Positions 10,944 to 21,015 of a stretch of 64,000 nt of DNA are shown here, one piece after another. The position numbers and the translations under genes were made by a program. The first letter of the stretch is position 1, and every line of letters starts with the position of its first letter. The notes below the pieces were generated by a model. It was not told where the DNA came from, searched no databases, and saw nothing but the letters and a program-made list of their open reading frames with translations. Source of the DNA: Phormidesmis sp. Its GTDB lineage: Bacteria; Cyanobacteriota; Cyanobacteriia; Leptolyngbyales; Leptolyngbyaceae. Location of the stretch: the NCBI GenBank assembly GCA_965248535.1, contig CBDFJR010000002.1:2176001-2240000 (forward strand), read 5' to 3'.

Positions 10944-11858
10944 TCAGTCTAACTGCCGTTTTTGCTCTAGGGCTAGCTTCGCCGCGCCGACGATGCCTGC
11001 CTGGTTGCCTAATTTTGCGGGTAAAAGCTGCAAGCCCTGACGAGAGCTAGGCATGACTCTCTGAGAAATCTCTGACCAGATCGCCGGAAAGAAAAATTCT
11101 GCACTGGCACTGATGCCGCCGCCCACCACGATCGCTTCGGGGGTCAACACATAGATCAGACTACTTAGCCCAATGCCCAAGTCTCGCCCATAGAGCCGCC
11201 AAAATTCTAAGGCATCGGGTTCACCTGCCTGAGCTAGCTTGCCGAGGTGGTCAGGCTCTAGCCCCGTGCGCCGCCGAATCGCCGCGATCGCCGCATATTG
11301 TTCGAGAGAACCACGATTGCCGCTATTGCACTGGGGCGCATCCTCAGCCGGGTTGAGGGCAATTAAGCCCAACTCGCCCGCAGAGCCGTCTCGCCCGACA
11401 AACAGGCGACCATTGAGAATAATTGCCCCGCCTACCCCGGTGCCCAGCGTCAGCAAGATTAAATTTTGAAAGGGCTGCCCTGCGCCTAACCAAGCCTCGC
11501 CCAAACCCGCACAGTTGGCATCGTTGGCCAGCACCGTCACCCGTCCGGTTTTAGCTTCGAGCCAATCGGCCAGCGGCACATCTTGCCAACCCGCCAGATT
11601 GATCGCCACCCTGGCAATTCGCCCCTTTGCGTCAGCAGGCCCCGGTGTGCCAACTCCGATCGCTCGGCTCTCATGATGAGGATCGACGAGAGCGATCGCG
11701 GCCACGATCGCCACTAACACGGCTTCTGGCGTTGCTGGCTGCGGCGTGGGCACCGCTAGGGACTGCAAACAAACACCCTCTGGGCTAAACCGCCCCAATT
11801 TGATGGCCGTTCCTCCCAAGTCGATGCCCAAAACTTGATTTCTGTCTGTCGATTCCAT
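10944..11858 (-). CDS. ROK-family sugar kinase (glucokinase-like)
   Basis: GIDLGGT, ANDANCAGLGE, LGTGVGG, GSAGELG. Confidence 0.9.
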   Translation of the reverse strand: MESTDRNQVLGIDLGGTAIKLGRFSPEGVCLQSLAVPTPQPATPEAVLVAIVAAIALVDPHHESRAIGVGTPGPADAKGRIARVAINLAGWQDVPLADWLEAKTGRVTVLANDANCAGLGEAWLGAGQPFQNLILLTLGTGVGGAIILNGRLFVGRDGSAGELGLIALNPAEDAPQCNSGNRGSLEQYAAIAAIRRRTGLEPDHLGKLAQAGEPDALEFWRLYGRDLGIGLSSLIYVLTPEAIVVGGGISASAEFFFPAIWSEISQRVMPSSRQGLQLLPAKLGNQAGIVGAAKLALEQKRQLD

Positions 11859-11922
11859 GCTGTCTCCAGTCTCGCCTCTCATCTGCAAGAACTCTAGACG
11901 TTATATCAGATCTGTTGCCCTT

Positions 11923-12156
11923 TTATGGCAGACCCCGCCAGGCCTGCGCCACAATCTCACTCAGCCAGCGACGCTGAGGCTGCTCTAGCAAGCTGTCATC
12001 TGCCAAAATTTCTGCCAGCAGGTCTTCTAAAGACTGCCCTTTGGCTCGTGCTAAATGAACCACCTCAGCGATCGCGGTGACAATTAGTTCTTCATTGACA
12101 GGTTTTTGTCGAAATGCAGCGATTTCTTGGTGATTCGCTGGAATAGGATAGTTCAT
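11923..12156 (-). CDS. Small hypothetical protein
   Basis: ORF with plausible composition; similar small genes are common in cyanobacteria. Confidence 0.6.
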   Translation of the reverse strand: MNYPIPANHQEIAAFRQKPVNEELIVTAIAEVVHLARAKGQSLEDLLAEILADDSLLEQPQRRWLSEIVAQAWRGLP

Positions 12157-12305
12157 GGCGGAGTTACACAGCGTTATAGTCGCAGTCAATTATGAGAGAG
12201 TTGTAAAGTTTCTTTAGAAAGTTTGGTATTCAGGAGTCTATCGTATTTTGATCCCCTGTCAAGCCCCTCTCCCTCGGTAAATTTATCGGAGTTTAGACCC
12301 CCCAA

Positions 12306-14495
12306 ATGAAAGAGATTCTTTATTTAGAGGTTCCTACCCCAAACACAGCACAGGTGATGCACTGGCTTCAGCAAGAGTATCAGCCAGAGATTGGGGAGAA
12401 AGTGCCGACAGCAGCAGGTTTTCGGCTGCGGCTGACTTCGCAAACCTCTCTAGAAACGGCCCATCAGCCTCAGCGATCGGCTCTTGAATCTGAGCACTCT
12501 GAAGAACTCTCGGTGTTTATTTGGACGCTTCAGCGCACCACTTATCTAAAGGTGTTTCGCTGGGGATCAGGATCTGATAAAGCAGATATCTCAATGAGAG
12601 CGCTGCCCCACGAAAAATCGTTTGTGCGGCATCTGACCCAAGCGATTAGAACACACTTTCCGCAAACCTATCCGGCACCGCCGCAAATTGATCTTTCAAA
12701 TCAGACGATTTTTGAGGCGTTGGCAGACACTTATCCCAAAACCGTCCACTATTTTCAGAAAATGCCCAATGGGGAAGCAGATCTGACTCGCGTCTATTGG
12801 TGGGAGCAGCGCTGGCGAGAAGGGGTCAGAAATCCTCAACAGCCTAAGCAAGTTGTTTTTCAAAATCACGAGCCGCCCAGTCTAAAAAATCCCATGCCTC
12901 CCGTCTATGACCTGATCTATGTCGGGGGTGCGCTGGGCACGATTCACGCTGCTGTGATGGCTCGGCTGGGCTATCGGGTGCTGCTGATCGAGCGCTTACC
13001 CTTTGGACGGATGAACCGCGAATGGAATATTTCGCGCAGTGAGTTTCAAAGTCTGATTGATTTAGAGTTGTTTACCCCGGCGGAGTTTGATCGGGTCATT
13101 GCTAGAGAATATGTAGACGGGTTTCACAAGTTTTTTGATGCCAACAATCCGCCGCAGGCAAAAGCGCGAGTGCTGCACACCCCGACGGTTTTAAACATCG
13201 CGATCGACTCCGATAAACTGCTAAAAATCTGTGGCGAAAAGCTGCGCGAGTGTGGCGGCGAGATCTGGGAAGAAACCGAGTTTTTGAGAGCCGACATTCG
13301 CCCCGATCGGGTCACGATTCAGACTCGGCATTTGCCCTCTCAGAGTCAAAAACAGGTGACCGGGCGGTTGCTGGTCGATGCGATGGGAACGGCCTCCCCG
13401 ATCGCTTGGCAACTCAACGGCGGCCGCGCCTTTGATAGTGTCTGTCCGACGGTGGGAGCGGTGATCAGCGATGGGTTTGAGCCAGGCGTGTGGGATGCTC
13501 AATTTGGCGATGTGCTCAACAGCCACGGTGATATCTCACGGGGGCGACAACTGATTTGGGAGCTATTTCCCGGCGCAGGACAGGACTTGACGTTCTACCT
13601 ATTTCACTATCATCAAGTGCATCCTGATAACCCCGGTTCGCTGTTAGAGATGTATGAAGATTTCTTTACGATCGTGCCCGAATATCGACGCTGCGACATG
13701 GACAAACTGGTGTGGAGCAAGCCGACGTTTGGCTACATTCCGGGTCACTTTAGCGTCAACGATCACGATCGTCAGGTGGCCTTTGATCGGCTGATGGCGA
13801 TCGGGGATGCTGCCTCCCTGCAATCCCCCCTTGTTTTTACAGGATTTGGGTCACTGGTGAGAAACCTCTCTCGCATGACTCATCTGCTAGACACGGCTCT
13901 CAAACACGATTTGTTGAAGGCTCGACACCTCGATCGCATTCGCGCTTATCAAAGTAATGTCGCGGTCACCTGGCTCTTTTCAAAAGGCATGATGGTGCCA
14001 ACAGGGCGATCGCTGCCGCCTCAGCAGGTAAATGCAATGCTCAACACCTTTTTTGATGTGTTGGCCACTCAGCCTCCTGACGTGGCAGAAGCGTTTATCA
14101 AAGACCGAGTGACCTGGCTCAGGTTTAACCAGATGGCGCTCATTGCGGCCTTTAAAAACCCATCCCTGCTGCTGTGGATCTGGGACATGGCAGGGGCAAA
14201 AGACCTGCTGCGCTGGCTCGGCAGCTACTTCAACTTTGGGCTAAATGCGCTGTTAAGCTGGATCTTTGCAGGCTGGCTGCCGGGAGTTTTGCACCGATCG
14301 CAGCCCTGGCTAGAGCCGCGGTTTCCGGCGCTGTGGCTGTGGTTATTGTCCCAGGCTTATGCCATCACCTATGGCATGGGCAAGCCCCAGGCAATGCCAA
14401 AACCACGATTCTCAGTTCGAGAGGTGCCCTCTAAACTATCAGACTCTCACCTAGACTCCGGGGCGACGACGAGAGAAAGTCAGGTTACAAGTTAA
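12306..14495 (+). CDS. cruA: Flavin-dependent oxidoreductase, probable CruA-type lycopene cyclase
   Basis: YDLIYVGGALG FAD motif, REWNISR, VCPTVG, GDAASLQSPL.FTGFGS; long N-terminal extension as in CruA. Confidence 0.7.
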   Translation: MKEILYLEVPTPNTAQVMHWLQQEYQPEIGEKVPTAAGFRLRLTSQTSLETAHQPQRSALESEHSEELSVFIWTLQRTTYLKVFRWGSGSDKADISMRALPHEKSFVRHLTQAIRTHFPQTYPAPPQIDLSNQTIFEALADTYPKTVHYFQKMPNGEADLTRVYWWEQRWREGVRNPQQPKQVVFQNHEPPSLKNPMPPVYDLIYVGGALGTIHAAVMARLGYRVLLIERLPFGRMNREWNISRSEFQSLIDLELFTPAEFDRVIAREYVDGFHKFFDANNPPQAKARVLHTPTVLNIAIDSDKLLKICGEKLRECGGEIWEETEFLRADIRPDRVTIQTRHLPSQSQKQVTGRLLVDAMGTASPIAWQLNGGRAFDSVCPTVGAVISDGFEPGVWDAQFGDVLNSHGDISRGRQLIWELFPGAGQDLTFYLFHYHQVHPDNPGSLLEMYEDFFTIVPEYRRCDMDKLVWSKPTFGYIPGHFSVNDHDRQVAFDRLMAIGDAASLQSPLVFTGFGSLVRNLSRMTHLLDTALKHDLLKARHLDRIRAYQSNVAVTWLFSKGMMVPTGRSLPPQQVNAMLNTFFDVLATQPPDVAEAFIKDRVTWLRFNQMALIAAFKNPSLLLWIWDMAGAKDLLRWLGSYFNFGLNALLSWIFAGWLPGVLHRSQPWLEPRFPALWLWLLSQAYAITYGMGKPQAMPKPRFSVREVPSKLSDSHLDSGATTRESQVTS

Positions 14496-14583
14496 ACAGC
14501 AAAATAGATCAGCCTCGCCAGAGTAGGGAACTTAGGGGGCAACCGTCTCGACGATGACAACTCAGAGGACTTTTACAGGTTAT

Positions 14584-15117
14584 TTAATCCACGATCCTTA
14601 AGTCCCGCGTTCCTGCTTTCACGTCGGTGGCTAAATCTGCCGGAGTCATGTCTTCATAGCGCTCAAAGGGCTGGTGAATCCAGGGGTTATCGGCCAAATA
14701 ATCGACATAATAATCGGGCTTGATCACCGAACAGGCTTTATACCAAAGCACCGCCGTTCTCACCTCTTCGATATAAAACCCATAGTGGTGCTCAAGCCAG
14801 GGAATCGATTTTTGCAACGTCACCCCAGAGTCTACTAAGTCATCGACGAGCAGAATATGACTACCAAGATTCGGCGTGGTCATGGTTAAGTCACGCGAAA
14901 ACACTAAGCTGCTGCGATTTTTTCCACTTCGATAAGAAGAGGTTGCCAAAATTGCCAGGGGCACGTTGTAGATGCGAGCTAAGACATCCCCCACTCGCAA
15001 GCCTCCTTTAGCCAGACAGACAATTTGATTAAATTCCCAATTAGACTTGTAGACTTGAGCGGCTAGGTGCTCGATCGTGCGGTGATAATCTGACCAAGAA
15101 ACATAAAGATCTGACAT
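14584..15117 (-). CDS. Type I phosphoribosyltransferase (purine PRT-like)
   Basis: ILLVDDLVDSGVT PRPP-binding motif. Confidence 0.88.
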   Translation of the reverse strand: MSDLYVSWSDYHRTIEHLAAQVYKSNWEFNQIVCLAKGGLRVGDVLARIYNVPLAILATSSYRSGKNRSSLVFSRDLTMTTPNLGSHILLVDDLVDSGVTLQKSIPWLEHHYGFYIEEVRTAVLWYKACSVIKPDYYVDYLADNPWIHQPFERYEDMTPADLATDVKAGTRDLRIVD

Positions 15118-15222
15118 GGGAAGGCGTATTAAGTCGGTTAAAGATTTGGCACGATTTAGACGATTGAACCCCAAAGATGATGAGAATAATACAACTGATC
15201 ACCCGGTTTCTTTGATGCCCTT

Positions 15223-16677
15223 ATGAATAATTCTGCCGATCGCTCTGCTGAAATGTCAGGGAAACTCAACTTAAGCACCAAGTTGGCCTACGGCGCAGGC
15301 GATCTCGGCCCCGCTATCACTGCCAACATCCTATCTGTATTTTTGCTTATTTTCTTTACCAATGTCGCCGGGCTAGAACCCGCAATGGCAGGCAGTATTG
15401 TGATGATCGGCAAAATCTGGGACGCAATTAATGACCCGATCGTGGGGATGATGAGCGATCGCACTCGCAGCCGCTGGGGCCGCCGTCACCCCTGGATGAT
15501 TTTTGGCGCGATTCCCTTCGGGATTTTCTTCTTTTTGCAATGGCTAGTGCCCCATTTCAGCAACGATCCAGCCGCCAACCAGTGGGGCTTGTTCTGGTAC
15601 TACGTGGTGATTAGCATTTTCTTCAACAGCTTCTATACGGCTGTCAACTTGCCCTACACGGCTCTCACGCCTGAACTCACCCAAGACTATGATGAACGCA
15701 CAAACCTCAACAGCTTTCGGTTTGGGTTTTCCATTGGTGGCAGCATTCTGTCACTTCTTCTGGTAGGACGCATCTTTGACATTCCATCGCTGGTCAATCA
15801 CCCTATTCAGCAGCATTTAGTCATGGGCGCAGTCTGTGCTGTCATCTCGGTTCTACCCCTATATTGGTGCGTTTGGGGCACTCGAAAGCGAGTCAAAGAA
15901 ACAGAGCGCCTGCGTCAAGAAACGAGTAATGAGGTGTCAATTCCCTATGTCGAACAGCTTAAGATCGTCTTCAACAACAAACCTTTTTTGTTTGTGATTG
16001 GGATTTATCTTTGTTCTTGGCTTGCATTGCAAAATACTGTTTCAGTGATTCCCTACTTTGTTAAGAACTGGATGGGACTGACTACACAGGATTTTATTAA
16101 TGTAATTATTGCGGTTCAAGTGACAGCATTTATCATGCTGTTTGTGTGGAAGGAGGTCAGCGAACGAGTTGGCAAAAAAGCAGTTTACTTTATGGGCATG
16201 ACAATCTGGATCATTGCCGAAATTGGACTGTTTATGGTGCAACCCGGTCAGATTTGGCTGATGTATGCCTTAGCTGTGATGGCAGGGTTTGGAGTCTCAA
16301 CGGCTTATCTAATTCCCTGGTCAATGATTCCAGATGTGATCGAGCTAGACGAGTTGCAGACAGGGCAACGCCGCGAAGGAGTGTTTTACGCCTTCATGGT
16401 GCTGCTACAAAAAGTGGCCTTGGCGATCGGGCTATTTCTCGTCGGTTGGGTGCTGCAACAATCGGGCTTTCTAAAGACCCTCGCCGGGGAGGCAGAATCG
16501 ATCCAACCCGCCTCGGCGCTTTGGGCCATTCGCGTTCTCGTCGGCCCGGCTCCTCTCGTTGTTTTAATTATTGGCTTGATATTAGCCTACTTCTACCCGA
16601 TCACTAAAGAGGTTCATGCTGAAATTTTGCTCAAGCTGCAAGAGCGCAATCGTCAACGATCGTCCGATAACCCCTAG
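15223..16677 (+). CDS. MFS transporter, GPH (MelB-like) family
   Basis: KLAYGAGD, WDAINDP..G..SDRTRSRWGRR.PW, TGQRREG; about 12 hydrophobic segments. Confidence 0.9.
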   Translation: MNNSADRSAEMSGKLNLSTKLAYGAGDLGPAITANILSVFLLIFFTNVAGLEPAMAGSIVMIGKIWDAINDPIVGMMSDRTRSRWGRRHPWMIFGAIPFGIFFFLQWLVPHFSNDPAANQWGLFWYYVVISIFFNSFYTAVNLPYTALTPELTQDYDERTNLNSFRFGFSIGGSILSLLLVGRIFDIPSLVNHPIQQHLVMGAVCAVISVLPLYWCVWGTRKRVKETERLRQETSNEVSIPYVEQLKIVFNNKPFLFVIGIYLCSWLALQNTVSVIPYFVKNWMGLTTQDFINVIIAVQVTAFIMLFVWKEVSERVGKKAVYFMGMTIWIIAEIGLFMVQPGQIWLMYALAVMAGFGVSTAYLIPWSMIPDVIELDELQTGQRREGVFYAFMVLLQKVALAIGLFLVGWVLQQSGFLKTLAGEAESIQPASALWAIRVLVGPAPLVVLIIGLILAYFYPITKEVHAEILLKLQERNRQRSSDNP

Positions 16678-16694
16678 TTTTTTTGCCTGACTTG

Positions 16695-17189
16695 TCACCA
16701 GCCCCAAGAGCCAGGTTCCCCTTTAAACGGCCCCACGATATTGCTCGTCACCCAGCCCCCATAGAAGTTTCCGGGCTGTGGGGTCACCCTTTCACCATCG
16801 ACATAGCAAGCCTCCATCGGCGCAGCATAGAAGGCAATGTAGTGCTCGATCGCTGCAAACTCAGGAGTCGGATGGGCATAATACCAGGCCACATCGATCG
16901 CTTGCTGATCGCCCACTGACACCGTGTAATAGCTGCCCGACCCCTTCCACTCGCAGTAGGTCGATCGGGCAGAGGCAACCAAATACTGCATCTGAATGTC
17001 ATCCGGCGGAATGTAATAAACGGGCGGATGGCTCGTTTCTAGCACCCGCATCGCCCGCCGCGTGTCGGCAATGACTTCGCCATTGAACACGACTTGAATC
17101 GGCTTTTCAGTCAACTCTAATCGAGGCGGACGGGGATAATCCCACACAGATTCTTGACCAAGCAGCGGAGCGATCGGGTGAGGACGCAT
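16695..17189 (-). CDS. DUF427 domain protein
   Basis: ESVWDYPRPP, VLETSHPPVYYIP, CEWKG, GGWVT...GPFKG. Confidence 0.88.
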   Translation of the reverse strand: MRPHPIAPLLGQESVWDYPRPPRLELTEKPIQVVFNGEVIADTRRAMRVLETSHPPVYYIPPDDIQMQYLVASARSTYCEWKGSGSYYTVSVGDQQAIDVAWYYAHPTPEFAAIEHYIAFYAAPMEACYVDGERVTPQPGNFYGGWVTSNIVGPFKGEPGSWGW

Positions 17190-17367
17190 GAAAAACTCTT
17201 AAAACACTGTATGCACGATCGGCACTTAGGCGCAGGACATTATCATGCCCGCTGCCCATGTGCATAGCCCATAATACCTAATCCACAATCGCAAAGGGAC
17301 ACGATCGCACCGCATCCCCATTGACTTTCTATCTAAAGACGCTCTATCTAAACTCGTTGTCTAGCCC

Positions 17368-18123
17368 TTACCAAAGAGCACGAACTCCACCATTTCCACC
17401 ACCACTGGGGGTCGAAGAAGGCGTAGTCGTCGTGCTGTCGGGAGCCGTCGAGGGCGTAGTCGTCGTGCTGTCGGGAGTCATCGGCATAGTAGAGCCATCA
17501 GGAGCCGTCGAGGGCGTGGTCATGGTGCCAGGCGTGCCAGGAATGCTGCTGGGGGTCGTCGTAGAATCGGTAGGGTTGTTGCCACCCGGCGAGATAGAGC
17601 CACCCGGTGCCGCAGTCGGCGCACCCATTGTGCTGGGCATTGAAGAATCGCGAGGCGAAGTCGGCACCACTACATCGTTTGTGGAACCGCTCGGTGCCGA
17701 CGAAGGATTAGTAGGGGTGCCGCTCGGTGTCGCGGTTGAGTCTGTCGAACTGCCCTGAGGCGAACGGTTCAAGGTAGGCCCAAGGTTAGACGGTTCTGCG
17801 GTAGGGGCAGAAGAGGGGCTGGTGGGGGTGCCGCTCGGTGTCGCGCTGGTTCCTGATTTGCCGCCTCTGTCTAGGTTAGGAACCGTGTCGCTAGGCTGAG
17901 ACATGCTTCCTGATGAAGACCCGCCCATCGATTGGGCAACGCGATTGTAGGGAGCTTCACTAAAAATCGTCGGGTTAGGATTGACCTTCGAGAGTGAAGG
18001 GCTGGCTGACAAAGCAGGCAATGACAACAGAGAGCTTGCGCCTGCAAACCCCAAAGTGCCCAAGAGTTTTGCCCACAGTTTTGTGGTGTTAGAAGCGCTA
18101 GCGCGTTGATTCGTTCCGTTCAT
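17368..18123 (-). CDS. Probable secreted Ser/Thr/Pro/Gly-rich low-complexity protein
   Basis: RBS AAGGAG, signal-like N-terminus, internal repeats ATPSGTPT and STTTTPS. Confidence 0.7.
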   Translation of the reverse strand: MNGTNQRASASNTTKLWAKLLGTLGFAGASSLLSLPALSASPSLSKVNPNPTIFSEAPYNRVAQSMGGSSSGSMSQPSDTVPNLDRGGKSGTSATPSGTPTSPSSAPTAEPSNLGPTLNRSPQGSSTDSTATPSGTPTNPSSAPSGSTNDVVVPTSPRDSSMPSTMGAPTAAPGGSISPGGNNPTDSTTTPSSIPGTPGTMTTPSTAPDGSTMPMTPDSTTTTPSTAPDSTTTTPSSTPSGGGNGGVRALW

Positions 18124-18340
18124 GTTGATCTCCTTACTATTGATGATCTGGCAACCCCAGAGGCTGCTTTTTAAGAGCCAAAATCGCGGCTCATTGCTGC
18201 ACGAATAATCTGAATTGGGATCATCGCCACTTGCCAGAAGTGTAAGGATTCACTAGGTAGGGATACTCTCCCCCCGGATATAGATCTATGTTTCTCAACA
18301 AATACTCAACAAATTCTTAACAGAACTGTGGTGTTACTCC

Positions 18341-18880
18341 TTACTTGATGACTGTGACTACTGTCCCTAGGTTGATCTGTTCAAAAAGTTCTGCAATATC
18401 TTTGACATACATGCGAACGCAGCCATGAGAGGCCGCTTTGCCTACAGAAAGGGGAGTCGGGGTGCCATGAAACCCGATCGCGTTTTTGCCATCTGTCCAA
18501 AACCCAAGCCAGTAGCCGCCCAGGGGGTTCTCAGGGTCTTTGCCCGCAACTTTTTCGCCTGTGAAGGGATGAACCCAGATTGGGTTTCTGACTTTTTGCA
18601 TGACTTGAAACGTACCCGTCGGCGTTTCCCACCCAGGGCGACCGACCGCGATCGGGTAGGTTTTGACTTTGACATCAGCTTGATAAAGCGTAACCTGACG
18701 CTTGCTGAGACTAATTTCTAGCCGCAGAGGTTGAGTCTCAGGCTGGATTTGAACCACATTGGGAGATTGAATCGGCAGGGTCTCGATCGCCAGTCCTATT
18801 TGAGGAACGGTGAGGGCGGCGATCGTGCCCAACCAGCCCAAGAGTCTAAGAGAGTGCTTCAGCATCCACAAATCCGACAA
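18341..18880 (-). CDS. L,D-transpeptidase (ErfK/YcfS/YnhG family)
   Basis: YPIAVG..GWETPTG, IGFHGT......GKAASHGCVRM. Confidence 0.9.
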   Translation of the reverse strand: MSDLWMLKHSLRLLGWLGTIAALTVPQIGLAIETLPIQSPNVVQIQPETQPLRLEISLSKRQVTLYQADVKVKTYPIAVGRPGWETPTGTFQVMQKVRNPIWVHPFTGEKVAGKDPENPLGGYWLGFWTDGKNAIGFHGTPTPLSVGKAASHGCVRMYVKDIAELFEQINLGTVVTVIK

Positions 18881-19000
18881 AACTACTTCGATGAGCGAAA
18901 CAGGTTCAGCGATCGCCCATCATCCATCCAGAGACGGAAAATTGCCCCGCACCGGGTTAAAACCGTCATGGGTCTTTGGGCACCGATCGCTAAAGCATTT

Positions 19001-19396
19001 TCATTGATTCGTGGCTAAAAATTGCTTCAGACTCAAAAGACTAAGGGTTTGTCCCAAATTAATCGGCAGCACTGAGATGCCCTCAATGCGCGACTGCACC
19101 CAACCATCGCCCCACGCCCATTCGTGAAAGCCATCAATGCCCTGACTGAGCAAAAACCGCACCCGATTGGCTTCGGCAATCTCAACCTGATGGTGAATCG
19201 CGATCGCGCCTGCCCAACTCATAAACGTCAACCCTGAATGCAGCGTATCGGGCAACCCAGGAGAAAACCGCTCAAACCAAAGCCATTGAGAGAACTGTGT
19301 AGGGTTAGCGAGACTCTGACGCAGCACCGCTTCAGACGCTTCAACCTCGATCCGCACACTGCTCTGTTGAAAAATACCAAACATCAGACCAATCAA
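19001..19396 (-). CDS. Conserved hypothetical protein (possible SRPBCC-like fold)
   Basis: 131 aa ORF, GIDGFHEW.WGDGWVQS.IEG. Confidence 0.6.
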   Translation of the reverse strand: MIGLMFGIFQQSSVRIEVEASEAVLRQSLANPTQFSQWLWFERFSPGLPDTLHSGLTFMSWAGAIAIHHQVEIAEANRVRFLLSQGIDGFHEWAWGDGWVQSRIEGISVLPINLGQTLSLLSLKQFLATNQ

Positions 19397-19628
19397 TAGG
19401 GGGCATGGGTTTAGTATGGCAAACTCTGAGAGTTAGCGACGGTCAAACGCTAAATCTCGGTGGGCGCGATCGGGTTCACCATTAATGCTATAAATTCTCA
19501 ATAATAGTGGTAATATCTCAGTGAGATTCCACAAAACTGATGGCGTAAGATGACGATCGGTGTCCGGTCTCCCGGCAACGGCTGTCCCTTGTGACTGATT
19601 ACGCTGCACCCCTATTTCTAAACGTGTT

Positions 19629-20348
19629 ATGCCTCATTTGCCTGCGGTTCTTTGGTTGAGTGCAAGTCCGAGTTTGCAGCGGTTTAATCAACCTCTTTTG
19701 CGATATTTGGCTTCCCAAATCAGGGTCACTCAGTGGGAATATTGCCAAACTCTTGATGAAGCTAGTTCTCTCGAACAGGCAGTGGCGCTGCTAGATGATT
19801 ATCTGCAAGAATGTGACCAGCCCATTCACCTGGCAGGGCATGGCATCAGCGGCGTAGTCGGCTTGATCTGTGCCCGCCTCAACTCTAAAAGAGTGCGATC
19901 GCTGACCTTGCTCTCGGTTGCACCGCAGCCTGCCATCACCTGGCACACTCATTACTACATTCAGCGGCAGTTGATGCCTTGCAGCAGACAGCAGATCTTG
20001 GCTCAAATTGCCCGAAGTTTGTTTGGTTGTGAGTTGCCCCTGGCCGCTAAAGAGTTGGTCAAAATGCTCGATCGTGACTTAGAACTGTCTCCCAGTCCGC
20101 ACTCGCTGTTTAAGCTGCGGGAGCTAGCAAAAGGCGGCATCTCGCAGCCACTCCTGATCTGCGGCAGCAAAACTGACCCGATCGTTGACCCAAAAATGCT
20201 AGAAGGATGGCGATTTTGGCTCAAGCCAGACGACTTTTTGCAACAGTTTCCAGCGGGGCATCACTTTTTCCACACGGCTCACCCTCAGCAAGTAGGGGAT
20301 GCGTTGCTTAATTTTTGGCAAACGATGGACTCAGAAGCAGATGATTGA
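19629..20348 (+). CDS. Alpha/beta-fold hydrolase, resembling the iron-stress-associated IsiC-type family
   Basis: HLAGHGISG nucleophile-elbow variant, CGS..D, GHHFFH. Confidence 0.7.
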   Translation: MPHLPAVLWLSASPSLQRFNQPLLRYLASQIRVTQWEYCQTLDEASSLEQAVALLDDYLQECDQPIHLAGHGISGVVGLICARLNSKRVRSLTLLSVAPQPAITWHTHYYIQRQLMPCSRQQILAQIARSLFGCELPLAAKELVKMLDRDLELSPSPHSLFKLRELAKGGISQPLLICGSKTDPIVDPKMLEGWRFWLKPDDFLQQFPAGHHFFHTAHPQQVGDALLNFWQTMDSEADD

Positions 20349-20507
20349 TCTCAGATCTGACCCCCGTTCCCACCCTGCAAAACTCCGGTCTGAAGGCTAA
20401 GATCTACGCGCTAGACGAGTATTTTTTGTTACAGACAATACTTCTTGGGGGTGAAGCTAATTGCTTCTTAAATCAGTGAGCATAGACCTACTCGTGTAGA
20501 TCCCCCT

Positions 20508-20906
20508 ATGAATTCTTTGATGCATCCGCTTCATCAAGCCAACGATCGCATCTTGATTGTCGATGATCTAGCTGACAATTCTTTTCTGCTGCAAACGCTT
20601 TTAGAAAATGAGGGCTATCAAGTAGACGTGGCAGATAGCGGTCAAGAAGCCTTAGAAAAAGTTGTGGCAGCCCCCCCAGCGTTAATATTGCTCGACGTGA
20701 TGATGCCAGGCATGAATGGCTTTGAGGTGACCCGACGGATTCGCCAAAACAGTCGGCTGCCGTTTATTCCGATCGTGCTGGTGTCGGGTTATGACCAGCC
20801 AGATCTTGAGCAGGGGCAAACCCTAGGCGCTAACGGATTTATTCGCAAGCCCATCGATTTTGAAGACGTGATCACCCAGGTTAGAACCCTGCTAGAGAGA
20901 AACTAA
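20508..20906 (+). CDS. Single-domain response regulator
   Basis: ILIVDD, LLDVMMPGMNG, KP. Confidence 0.9.
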   Translation: MNSLMHPLHQANDRILIVDDLADNSFLLQTLLENEGYQVDVADSGQEALEKVVAAPPALILLDVMMPGMNGFEVTRRIRQNSRLPFIPIVLVSGYDQPDLEQGQTLGANGFIRKPIDFEDVITQVRTLLERN

Positions 20907-21015
20907 CTCGCAAAGCTCTACCTAAAGGAAGAGCCTTAACGGGACTCAATTTATCGGATTATAAAAAGGACTAAATTCAATTTTGAAGTTTAATTTAAAC
21001 TAGTGTGGTTAAGCG

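Noticed and set aside
17321..17758. 145 aa Val/Gly-rich plus-strand ORF
   Set aside because: Antisense shadow of the Thr/Pro-rich gene, which has the RBS and signal peptide.
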